A stretch of DNA of 44,116 bases, taken from the IMG/VR virus record IMGVR_UViG_3300028585_000007; one strand, written 5' to 3'. Under the pieces are notes generated by a model. It was not told the origin of the DNA, ran no database searches, and worked only from the letters and a program-made list of their open reading frames with translations. Numbering within the stretch: the first letter of the stretch is position 1; the number at the start of each line of letters is the position of its first letter. Source of the stretch: a virus. Of this stretch, positions 17,990-25,689 are shown in pieces. The position numbers and the translations under genes were made by a program.

Positions 17990-18228
17990 TGCTTCACGCG
18001 AGCCGCAGGACCTACTACGCGGGGTGCCGTTGCCAGATGTGCGTAGATGCTCACGCTTACTACAAGCGTGCAATGCGCAAGCAGCGTCGCGAGCGGCTGG
18101 CGCGGGAGGTCCCTGACCACGTGCACGGCACGGTCAACGGGTACAATAACTACAACTGCCGGTGTGATCGTTGCCTTACCGCATACTCTGAGTTCTGCAG
18201 GTCGGACACACTTGCGCCGGAGTCCTGA
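17989..18228 (+). CDS. Small protein with repeated GC(R)C-x2-C zinc-knuckle-like motifs; probable DNA binding
   Basis: YYAGCRCQMCVDAHAYY and GYNNYNCRCDRCLTAY form two copies of the same motif. Confidence 0.6.
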   Translation: MLHASRRTYYAGCRCQMCVDAHAYYKRAMRKQRRERLAREVPDHVHGTVNGYNNYNCRCDRCLTAYSEFCRSDTLAPES

Positions 18229-18240
18229 GTGTGGTAGGCT
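18212..18240 (+). promoter_or_regulatory. Promoter (class CTTGCGC); leaderless start
   Basis: TTGCGC 18212-18217, 17-nt spacer, TGG-TAGGCT ending at 18240; ATG 18247. Confidence 0.6.
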
Positions 18241-18246
18241 AGGGGT

Positions 18247-18543
18247 ATGACAGTCCGCACGGTTCCCACCGCGCTCGTGTCGAAGCAGCACCCGAATGAG
18301 GCGCAGCTGAACCCCGAGTCGGTGGCAGCATTTGAAGCTCTCCAGAAGGACCCACACACGTGGGTTGTCTGGCAGAGCGGCTTTGCCCATCACAAGGCAA
18401 GCAAGGCGCAGGCCTACAACCTGCGTAACGGCAAGCGCCAGAAGCTCCTCACGGCTGGCCACGACCTGGAGTTCAAGGCTTGGAAGGATCCCGACACGGG
18501 TGACTACCAGGTGATCGCCCGGTTCGCAGGAGGCGACGAGTAG
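18247..18543 (+). CDS. Hypothetical protein (98 aa)
   Basis: Track ORF; the stop overlaps the polymerase GTG. Confidence 0.6.
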   Translation: MTVRTVPTALVSKQHPNEAQLNPESVAAFEALQKDPHTWVVWQSGFAHHKASKAQAYNLRNGKRQKLLTAGHDLEFKAWKDPDTGDYQVIARFAGGDE

Positions 18544-20714
18544 TGCCACTCCCGATCCAGGAAGCTCGTCGCACTGGCACCATCCTTCCGTCCGAGCTGC
18601 TTGAGGCGTACGTCCACGCGTGGAACATCGAGTCCCCCGTTGCCGTCGACACTGAGACTTCTGGTCTGTTTGTGGACGACGGCGCTCGCGTGTCCACGGT
18701 CTCGCTTGCGTTCGCTGACCCGCTGGGCGTCTGGGCCAATCTCTTCGAGGGTCGCAGCTGCGAGGGCGCACTCGACGGCTGGTTCACGTACCGAGTGGAG
18801 GAGGTGGCACCTGGCTACAGTGTCCCCGTCGCGTCGTTCGCTTGGCCCTTCGACCAGGGAGTATCCTTCACGGATAAGCCCGAGGACGATGGGTATGCCA
18901 CTATGTGGCCGGACGCCGAGAACCTCAGCCGCGAAGAGTGGGCGGCGCTGTTCGAGTTCCTGAGGCTAGCGGGCCAGGAGACTGGCTTGGTGTTCCACAA
19001 TGCCAAGTTCGACCTGCACATGCTTGAGGCGGGGACCCGTCGTTGGCCCGGCCTGGGGTGGGACCTCTCCCGCCTTGTGGTGGCGGACACGCAGAACACG
19101 GTCGCGTTGCTCTACCCCACACTGGCGCTGGTTTCCCGGATGGGCAAGCTGGCCCCTACTACTTCGCTCAAGCCGAACTCGGCTGCGTTCTGGGGTGAGG
19201 CTGAGACGGACGAGCAGAAGGTGATCAAGGATTACCTCCGACGCAAGAAGCTTCCGAACGGGCGCTGGGACCTGATGCCGTGGGATGTGATAGCGAAGTA
19301 CGCTGACCAGGACCCCCGACTCACCTTGCGCATCCACCTCCGCGCCGAGCATGACATCCAGCAGGGACTGGTTGGCACGTGGCTGACGGGCACCGGCAAT
19401 AAGTTGTCGATCCAGCAGGCGCTCGACCGTCGCCTCGACACGACGAAGTTCCTGTACCGGATGGAGCGGCGCGGGTTGCCGTTCGACACCCAGGGTGCGT
19501 TGGTCGCGTCGAAGGAGTTGCGGTACCGGTCGGCGCAGATCGAGGACCTGTTGCCGTTCTCCCCTGCTACACTTCCCCGGGCCAAGCAGTACTGGTTCGG
19601 GGACCGAGACGAGGGCAACTTGGGGTTCCCGCCTTACGCGGAGACTGACAAGGGTGCCCCTAAGGTCGACGGCACCGTCGTCGATTACATGGTGCGTGAC
19701 AACATTCCGGGAGCAAAGGAATGGAAAGATTTGCAGAAGCTCGCGACCGCCGACTCCAGGTGGTACGCGGGCTACGCCGACCTCGCAGGATCCGATGGGC
19801 GCTTGAGAACCTCAGTCCGGCAGAACGGGACAGTTTCTGGTCGGTTCTCCGTCGAGCGCGTGCAACTGCAGGCGATCCCCCAGAACTACAAGTTGTCTTC
19901 GTTTACCGTATTGGACGGCGTTCCTACTCCCCGCGCCTTGATTGGCTCAGGAATATCCTCTGGCTGGAAGATGTGGGAACTGGACTTGGCTCAAGCCGAA
20001 CTCCGGGTCGCCGCGATGTACGCCAAGTGCCAGACGATGCTGGACTTGATCGATCAAGGCGCAGATTTGCACGGCGAAACCGCCAAGCAGCTGTTCGACA
20101 TTTCCCCCGACGATCCTCGCTGGGATCAGATGCGGTCCGTCGCAAAGCGATCAAACTTCAGCCTCATCTTCGGTACGGGGTGGGAGACGTTGCAGGCGGC
20201 AATCGAAGAGCAAGTCGGTATCCGGTTGTCGGACGCGGAGGCCGAGTCGCTGGTACGCGACTGGAACAGGCTGTACCCCGAGTACAAGCGGGCGATCTAC
20301 GAAACCAAGGCAGTCGTGGAGCGGCGCATGCGTTCGCCCCAACATGGCCGTGGAGTGGGCTGGATCGACACGGTCAATGGCGAACGGCGCTGGTTCGTTC
20401 CCGGCGAGGACACGCACAAAGCCTTCAACCAGCGGGTCCAGCCCAACCTCGCCCAATTCGGGATCGACTGGTGGCTCAAGGTCGAGCGACGCCTAGTCAA
20501 GAAGTTCGGCGACGATCCGGTTACCCTGGACGGCGTGTACGTCGGCAGAGTGGGCATGGTTATGACCATCCATGACTCGATGGTTCTGCTTCTGCCGGAC
20601 ACGCCTGAGTCCCTCAAGATCGTCGAGCATGCTCAGAACACGGGTCGCAAGCTCTGGGCGAAGAGGTTTCCTGGGGTCCCTGGCGACATCGACGCCAAGC
20701 CCTGGAACAAGTAG
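18543..20714 (+). CDS. polA: Family A DNA polymerase with 3'-5' exonuclease and no 5' nuclease domain (DpoZ-type candidate)
   Basis: Exo motifs VAVDTETSGL, HNAKFDLHML, KYADQD. Polymerase motifs LDLAQAELRV (A), RSVAKRSNFSLIFG (B), IHDS (C). Confidence 0.9.
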   Translation: MPLPIQEARRTGTILPSELLEAYVHAWNIESPVAVDTETSGLFVDDGARVSTVSLAFADPLGVWANLFEGRSCEGALDGWFTYRVEEVAPGYSVPVASFAWPFDQGVSFTDKPEDDGYATMWPDAENLSREEWAALFEFLRLAGQETGLVFHNAKFDLHMLEAGTRRWPGLGWDLSRLVVADTQNTVALLYPTLALVSRMGKLAPTTSLKPNSAAFWGEAETDEQKVIKDYLRRKKLPNGRWDLMPWDVIAKYADQDPRLTLRIHLRAEHDIQQGLVGTWLTGTGNKLSIQQALDRRLDTTKFLYRMERRGLPFDTQGALVASKELRYRSAQIEDLLPFSPATLPRAKQYWFGDRDEGNLGFPPYAETDKGAPKVDGTVVDYMVRDNIPGAKEWKDLQKLATADSRWYAGYADLAGSDGRLRTSVRQNGTVSGRFSVERVQLQAIPQNYKLSSFTVLDGVPTPRALIGSGISSGWKMWELDLAQAELRVAAMYAKCQTMLDLIDQGADLHGETAKQLFDISPDDPRWDQMRSVAKRSNFSLIFGTGWETLQAAIEEQVGIRLSDAEAESLVRDWNRLYPEYKRAIYETKAVVERRMRSPQHGRGVGWIDTVNGERRWFVPGEDTHKAFNQRVQPNLAQFGIDWWLKVERRLVKKFGDDPVTLDGVYVGRVGMVMTIHDSMVLLLPDTPESLKIVEHAQNTGRKLWAKRFPGVPGDIDAKPWNK

Positions 20715-20746
20715 TCCCGCACCTGCGGGCACACTAAGGAGGAATA

Positions 20747-20872
20747 ATGGCAACAGCATTCAAGGTGACGGACGAGCTGGTCGAGGTGTTCACCGAGGCC
20801 TTCATCGCGTACGACGGCGGCGGGGACCCCGCGACCCGTGCCGGACTCGAAGCGGTGTCCGCCGCACTGTAA
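20747..20872 (+). CDS. Very small ORF (41 aa), not in the track
   Basis: TAAGGAGGA SD lies 5 nt upstream of ATG 20747; the peptide is MATAFKVTDELVEVFTEAFIAYDGGGDPATRAGLEAVSAAL. Confidence 0.5.
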   Translation: MATAFKVTDELVEVFTEAFIAYDGGGDPATRAGLEAVSAAL

Positions 20873-20879
20873 CCAGTAC

Positions 20880-20909
20880 TTGACAGTATACTAAATGGTA
20901 TGCTAGACT
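20880..20909 (+). promoter_or_regulatory. Promoter (class GTACTTGACA) for the PurA-like operon
   Basis: TTGACA 20880-20885, 18-nt spacer, TGC-TAGACT ending at 20909. Confidence 0.7.
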
Positions 20910-20916
20910 GGTCACA

Positions 20917-21034
20917 GGTCCGGAGGCGAGAGGTATCACGCACTGTCGATGTGGGAGCAAACTAGCGGCTGACGAGTCGCCGTCCCTGAATCCCCCCCAG
21001 ATAGAAGTTCGCAGGTTCGAACCCTGCCTGGACC
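20917..21034 (+). ncRNA. Non-canonical tRNA-like element in the 5' leader (acceptor-like stem, D-like hairpin, consensus T-arm)
   Basis: T-arm GCAGG-TTCGAAC-CCTGC at 21011-21027. The adjacent CTGGACC (21028-21034) pairs with GGTCCGG (20917-20923). The hairpin GCG-AGAGGTATCA-CGC lies at 20926-20941. The 118-nt length and the lack of an anticodon arm exclude a normal tRNA. Confidence 0.3.
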
Positions 21035-21069
21035 CCGATACCGCAGAGTGCGGATCAAGAAGGAGCAAA

Positions 21070-22185
21070 ATGAGTATCATCGACGTGGTCGCGGGAGCGG
21101 CCTTCGGTTCGGAGGGCAAGGGCCACATCACGGCCCAGCTCGTCAAGCGTCGCCTCCGCCAGGAGCAGCGCACGGTCGTCAACGTCCGTGTCGCCGGTCC
21201 GAACGCGGGGCACACGGTCATCGACGACCGGAACCAGGCGTTCGCGCTGCGATGCGTGCCGGTGGGTGCGGCAATCGCGGCTGAGGTCTGGCTGTACATC
21301 GCGCCCGGGTCGGAGGTCGAGCTGGAGGTCCTAGCGAAGGAGGTCCACGAGCTGCGCGAGGCTGGCCACGCGGTCGGTCGGCTGTACGTGTCCGGCGAGG
21401 CCACCCTGCTCGAAGATCACCACAAGCAGGAAGAGACCGACGCAGCACTGACGCAGCGCATCGGCTCGACCGGCAAGGGGATCGGCGCGGCTCGCGTGGA
21501 CCGGCTCATGCGGTCGGCCAAGCGCATCTGCGACGACCCCGCTGCGGTGGACTTCATCGAAGCCCTCGGCGCGACGGTCGTGGACGAGGCCGAGGCCAAC
21601 TGGCTGGTGTCGTGGGCGGAGACGCGCAACGCGGCGATCATCATCGAGGGCACGCAGGGTTACGGCCTGGGCCTGCACGCGGGGATGTACCCGACCACGA
21701 CCTCGTCGGACTGCCGCGGGATCGACTTCCTGGCCATGGCGGGCATCATGCCGTGGCACCGGGGCGTCACCGAGACGAACATCGTCCTGGTCGCAAGGGT
21801 CTTCCCCATCCGTGTGGCGGGCAATTCGGGTCCGCTCAAGAACGAGCGCACCTGGGACGAGCTGGGTCTGCCCGAGGAGCGCACGACCGTCACGCAGAAG
21901 ATCCGGCGCGTCGGTGAGTGGGACGGCGAACTCGTCGCCCGCGCGGTCAAGGCTAACGGCGGCGGTCAGCGCGGCATGAGCATGGTGAACGTGGGAATCG
22001 CCCTGACCATGGTCGACCAGAAGTTCCCGTTCATGAAGGACCGCACGTCGATCCGGCTCATGTTGAAGGAGGCGGAGCAGTCGGAGCTGAACGCGATGAC
22101 GAACTTCCTCAAGCAGGTCGAGTTCGAGTCCGGCGCGGAGGTCATGGCCATGACCACCGGCCCCAACCACATCATCTGGAGGTAA
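21070..22185 (+). CDS. purZ: Adenylosuccinate synthetase-family enzyme, short form (PurZ-type candidate)
   Basis: The P-loop reads GSEGKGH where PurA has GDEGKGK; GSTGKGIG and EGTQGYGL are conserved PurA-fold motifs; 371 aa. Confidence 0.8.
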   Translation: MSIIDVVAGAAFGSEGKGHITAQLVKRRLRQEQRTVVNVRVAGPNAGHTVIDDRNQAFALRCVPVGAAIAAEVWLYIAPGSEVELEVLAKEVHELREAGHAVGRLYVSGEATLLEDHHKQEETDAALTQRIGSTGKGIGAARVDRLMRSAKRICDDPAAVDFIEALGATVVDEAEANWLVSWAETRNAAIIIEGTQGYGLGLHAGMYPTTTSSDCRGIDFLAMAGIMPWHRGVTETNIVLVARVFPIRVAGNSGPLKNERTWDELGLPEERTTVTQKIRRVGEWDGELVARAVKANGGGQRGMSMVNVGIALTMVDQKFPFMKDRTSIRLMLKEAEQSELNAMTNFLKQVEFESGAEVMAMTTGPNHIIWR

Positions 22186-22187
22186 TC

Positions 22188-22814
22188 ATGGCTGGACACG
22201 AGAACGGCAGGGAATACTCCGTCGCACCCGAGCCGTTGGAGAACGCGGCTCAGACCCCGGGTTACCAACCGCCCGAGAAGATGTACACCCTGGCGGAGGC
22301 GATTTCGATCATCGACTCCCGCCCCGTCCCCGGCGTCGCTGAGGAAATGAACGAGCGTCGGGCCGACTGGGGTGCTCAAGCCTCCGCGAAGGGCCAGTTC
22401 ATCAAGACGGCTGAGCGTCTGCTCACCAGCCGTGATGAGTTCGACGCCCGTGACTCGGCGGCGGACATCGCGGACAGTCTGCGGTCGTGGTGGCTGGACG
22501 TCGCGTCGCAGGAGGTCGAGCCGCTCATCGCGAAGATGTTCGAGTACGGCGGCGTGGGTCGGTCGAGCGACCTGGTCGAAATCGGCAAGAAGATGGTGCG
22601 GCTCGGCGTCACGAGGCAGAAGTCCTTCGGCCCGAACGACGACCACACGTCGTACGCCGAGCTGGGCATCTACTTCTACATCGAGGGCAAAATGGCGCGC
22701 TGGTCGGCTGCAATCGCGGAGGGTCGGCCCGTCTCGGACGACACCCTCCTCGACATCGGCATCTACGTTCGCATGGTTCAGCGGATCCGTACGGTCGGGG
22801 GGTGGCCGGTATGA
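22188..22814 (+). CDS. Helical protein, possibly an all-alpha NTP pyrophosphohydrolase superfamily member (MazG/DUF1599-like; MazZ analogue candidate)
   Basis: The start is 2 nt after the PurA-like stop. The pattern RRADWG ... GKMARW ... DDTLLDIGIYVRMV resembles MazG-like helices; the assignment is weak. Confidence 0.35.
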   Translation: MAGHENGREYSVAPEPLENAAQTPGYQPPEKMYTLAEAISIIDSRPVPGVAEEMNERRADWGAQASAKGQFIKTAERLLTSRDEFDARDSAADIADSLRSWWLDVASQEVEPLIAKMFEYGGVGRSSDLVEIGKKMVRLGVTRQKSFGPNDDHTSYAELGIYFYIEGKMARWSAAIAEGRPVSDDTLLDIGIYVRMVQRIRTVGGWPV

Positions 22815-23161
22815 GTCCCTCCGCCGAAACCGACGCTGAGTACGAAGAGCGTCACCGCAAAGAGTGGAACGCCCGGTACAGCCGGGCACTCGCCCAAGCG
22901 CGCCAGAGCCAGGAGTTCCTCAAGCTGCTCCAGTCCAAGCTGATCGAGGACGACCTGGACATGCTCGCGGCCCAGAACTCGCGGGCGGTCATCCTGTCGG
23001 TTACCGATCGCCTGGACGACATGACGGTCAAGGAGGTCAAGACCATGGACGGTCGGCTGATGGACGAGTTGATCCGTCTGGAGGCGCGTCGCGACCTGAT
23101 CAACCTCACACGCGAGACGATGCGCAAACACTCGGGCGTGGGTGCCCCACTCACCGACTAG
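22811..23161 (+). CDS. Hypothetical coiled-coil protein (116 aa)
   Basis: ATGA overlap at 22811-22814. Confidence 0.55.
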   Translation: MSPSAETDAEYEERHRKEWNARYSRALAQARQSQEFLKLLQSKLIEDDLDMLAAQNSRAVILSVTDRLDDMTVKEVKTMDGRLMDELIRLEARRDLINLTRETMRKHSGVGAPLTD

Positions 23162-23221
23162 TCCGGGTTACGCCTACGTCGAGCGCAACGTGCGCACGAT
23201 GTCGGCAATCGGCGGCGTATA

Positions 23222-23230
23222 TGATATGCT
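23222..23230 (+). promoter_or_regulatory. Extended -10 element without a clear -35
   Basis: TGA-TATGCT. Confidence 0.4.
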
Positions 23231-23242
23231 GACGGACCAGAT

Positions 23243-23298
23243 AGTACACGACCACGGCGAAATCCTCCGCGAGGGGGGTTTCGCCGTGGATCTGTACT
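23243..23298 (+). promoter_or_regulatory. Long leader hairpin upstream of the dUTPase gene
   Basis: CCACGGCGAAA (23252-23262) pairs perfectly with TTTCGCCGTGG (23279-23289); the stem is extended by AGTACA / TGTACT; GGAGG SD follows. Confidence 0.55.
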
Positions 23299-23312
23299 GG
23301 AGGTACCGAAGC

Positions 23313-23792
23313 ATGGGTCACACACCAGACTACACATATCGAGAGATAAGGGCAAGAATGAGCGACGAAATCCTGATCGAGCTGCTGAACGCGGACGCGA
23401 CGTTCCCCACGCGCGGGTACGACGACGACGCGGGCATCGACCTGTACACCTCCACGGACATGTGGATCAATCCGGGTGACTCGGTGGACGTGCCGACCGC
23501 CGTCGCGATGCAGTTCCCGCCCTCGGTCTGGGGCATGCTGGTCGGTCGGTCCTCGACCCTCCGCAAGCACGACCTGCTGGTGAACACGGGGATCATCGAC
23601 ACCGGCTACCGGGGCGAGCTGTTCATCAACGTGCACAACCTGGGCAAGCGGGCGTTCAGCGTCCACAAGGGTATGCGCCTGGCTCAGATCATCCCGATGT
23701 CGAACCTCGCGCCGAAGCTCCCGATGCGCATGGTCGACTTCCTCGACGAGCACGAGCGCGGTGCGCACGGGTTCGGGTCCACTGGTGTTTGA
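23313..23792 (+). CDS. dut: Trimeric dUTPase
   Basis: All five motifs are present: AGIDLY, GRSST, GIIDTGYRGE, MRLAQI, RGAHGFGSTG. Start chosen at ATG 23313 after GGAGG; ATG 23359 is an alternative. Confidence 0.85.
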   Translation: MGHTPDYTYREIRARMSDEILIELLNADATFPTRGYDDDAGIDLYTSTDMWINPGDSVDVPTAVAMQFPPSVWGMLVGRSSTLRKHDLLVNTGIIDTGYRGELFINVHNLGKRAFSVHKGMRLAQIIPMSNLAPKLPMRMVDFLDEHERGAHGFGSTGV

Positions 23793-24102
23793 GGGCGTGG
23801 TGTTCGATCCTCGGCCCGAGGACCGCGACTTCGAGCTGTACGTGAACATGTTGGCCATGGATCGCGAGGCGGAGTTGCGGGAGCGATTTGTACAGGCGCT
23901 GGAGGGCGTGTACCCGGGACGGCCCCGCGAGGTCCTGGAGAATGCCGTCGCGGAGCGCGTGCGCATGCTGGGGCGTCCGCTGTGGCTGGACGAGGTGCTA
24001 GCTATGGTGGGGGTTCTCCTGGACCGTTACTACACCTACGGCCCGCCCACCACGCCGTGCGTACTCCGGACTTGTGCCCCGGTCCCGGATGTGCTAGACT
24101 AG
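23761..24102 (+). CDS. Hypothetical protein; start uncertain (GTG 23761, 23785, 23797 or 23800)
   Basis: Track ORF overlapping the dUTPase 3' end. Confidence 0.5.
   Translation: MRTGSGPLVFEGVVFDPRPEDRDFELYVNMLAMDREAELRERFVQALEGVYPGRPREVLENAVAERVRMLGRPLWLDEVLAMVGVLLDRYYTYGPPTTPCVLRTCAPVPDVLD
24072..24100 (+). promoter_or_regulatory. Promoter of the family
   Basis: CTTGTGC (-35 at 24072-24077), 17-nt spacer, TGC-TAGACT ending at 24100. Confidence 0.6.
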
Positions 24103-24146
24103 TTCTACAAGCACCGCCCCCCTTCCCGATTCAGAAAGGCAATACC

Positions 24147-24626
24147 GTGGCTGACACCATCACCCCCGAGACCGAAGCCGAAGCCGTCGCGACCCCCGCG
24201 AAGGTCAAGGAGCCGATCAACCCCCAGGTCCCCGCCGAGTTCAAGAACGCCGAGTCCGGTCGCTACCTCCCCGGCAAGGACGCCGCCCACAAGTCGCAGG
24301 TCGCCAAGGCGATCGTCGCCGGTGGCAACCGCGACAAGCTCCTCGCCGAACTCGGGTCGGACAAGCTCCGCGAGGGCGCCCTCAAGCAGGTCGAGAACTT
24401 CTACCAGAAGATCGGCAGCAAGGGCACCGCCGGGTTCGTCAAGGTCAAGACCGACGAGTTCGAGGCCCGCAAGCTGCGCGGCGACGGCGGCGTCTGGTTC
24501 GACGGCGACAAGGGCTGGGAGCACGTCGCTTCCGACTCCAAGATCGCCAAGACCTTCGAGTCCCTCGCCGACCGTGACAAGGCCGTCGAGGCCGAGGCAG
24601 CCGCCAGCGAGGCCGACGCCAGCTGA
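24147..24626 (+). CDS. Hypothetical protein with a degenerate PGHDAR-type module (YLPGKDAAH); paralog family member 4
   Basis: GTG 24147 lies downstream of the promoter; aa 40-48 read YLPGKDAAH, followed by a helix similar to the other members. Confidence 0.6.
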   Translation: MADTITPETEAEAVATPAKVKEPINPQVPAEFKNAESGRYLPGKDAAHKSQVAKAIVAGGNRDKLLAELGSDKLREGALKQVENFYQKIGSKGTAGFVKVKTDEFEARKLRGDGGVWFDGDKGWEHVASDSKIAKTFESLADRDKAVEAEAAASEADAS

Positions 24627-24649
24627 CCTCGCCGTCAACGCGTCTGTGG

Positions 24650-24675
24650 TGCCCCGGGGCTAAGGTCCCGGGGCA
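24650..24675 (+). terminator. Hairpin terminator
   Basis: TGCCCCGGG / CCCGGGGCA, 9-bp perfect stem, followed by TTGCAGTCTCTTT. Confidence 0.7.
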
Positions 24676-24710
24676 TTGCAGTCTCTTTGAAGGACAAAGC
24701 GAGGGATACT

Positions 24711-25463
24711 GTGCTGGAGCAAATCAAGACGCAGGTGCAACTCCTGACGTCACCCATTCGTCACGCGTTTTGGCAGGACCCCGAGGTCGAGGGCGACGCC
24801 CGGGTGTTGCGTACCACGTTCGCGCCTTCGCTCATCGACCAGCTCGACGCCTCCATCGGTTCAGGTGGGGGCACAGGCGCGGGCGGTGTCGGTGAGAAGC
24901 GGACAAGAAATATCCTAGATTCCGCTGCGGTGGAACTACTGACAGAGATAAAAACAGGTATAGGTGCCCTGTGGATAGAAGAATATAGGGGTAGGGACAG
25001 AAAGATATATACTGTTCCCCCGAAGCTTCTACTGAACGACTGGTTCCGGCTGCACGCGCGTCGGTACGTTCAGGACGGGTTCGTGCCGGACCCGCACGAG
25101 GGTGAACGCCAGTTGCGTATCCTCCGAGGCTGGGTCAGTGCGATCGAGTCCAAGTTCGACCCGCCCCGCAAGATCGAGCTGCTGGTCCACTGCCCGGGCC
25201 TGATCGAGGTCGACGGTCTGTGGTACGACTGCCAGGAGCGGTTCTACTACGACCCAGCTGGAGATAGATCCTCCGCCGTTGTGGCGTCAGTGACTTCGGA
25301 CGGTCGAGTCTACGTGGCGTGCAAGGTGTGTAAGTCCTCGTGGCACGGCCCCCGTGAGCTGGGCGAGCTGGGCGGTGCTCTGGGCCTGGACGTGGCGGCG
25401 GCGCTCACGGCGGTGTCGTCGGAGGCGGACGAGAACGCAGCCGCAGCTGGGGCGGAGTCGTAA
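24711..25463 (+). CDS. Hypothetical protein with a C-terminal Cys cluster (HCPG...C...CKVC); contains an AT-rich rare-codon patch
   Basis: GTG 24711 follows GAGGGA; the track start TTG 24687 is an alternative. Confidence 0.6.
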   Translation: MLEQIKTQVQLLTSPIRHAFWQDPEVEGDARVLRTTFAPSLIDQLDASIGSGGGTGAGGVGEKRTRNILDSAAVELLTEIKTGIGALWIEEYRGRDRKIYTVPPKLLLNDWFRLHARRYVQDGFVPDPHEGERQLRILRGWVSAIESKFDPPRKIELLVHCPGLIEVDGLWYDCQERFYYDPAGDRSSAVVASVTSDGRVYVACKVCKSSWHGPRELGELGGALGLDVAAALTAVSSEADENAAAAGAES

Positions 25464-25465
25464 GG

Positions 25466-25534
25466 TGGCCCGGCTTCGAGGTGGCCCGGCTTCGACGACA
25501 TCAAAATGGCCCGGCTTCAAAATGGCCCGGCTTC
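25466..25534. repeat. Four direct copies of TGGCCCGGCTTC
   Basis: Copies at 25466, 25482, 25507 and 25523 (spacing 16, 25 and 16 nt). Confidence 0.95.
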
Positions 25535-25659
25535 GACGGACCTTCTGGTCGATCGCGTTCAGCCCTCGGTCTTGGTCAATATTCGGCTATTCGGGTATGG
25601 GCGCGTTCTGCGCATGGATATACCTCAAACTGAGTGGACTGTTATAGACATACAGATGT

Positions 25660-25683
25660 GCCCCGGCCGTTTCGGACCGGGGC
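25660..25683. terminator. Bidirectional hairpin terminator between convergent genes
   Basis: GCCCCGGCC gtttc GGACCGGGGC, flanked by T-rich sequence on the + side. Confidence 0.65.
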
Positions 25684-25689
25684 TTCTGC

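Noticed and set aside
21011-21034. Canonical tRNA gene, or attP core matching a host tRNA 3' end
   Set aside because: No anticodon arm can be drawn, the length would be 118 nt, and U8 and CCA are absent. No integrase or excisionase gene exists in the genome to use an attP. The element is kept only as a tRNA-like element of unknown role.
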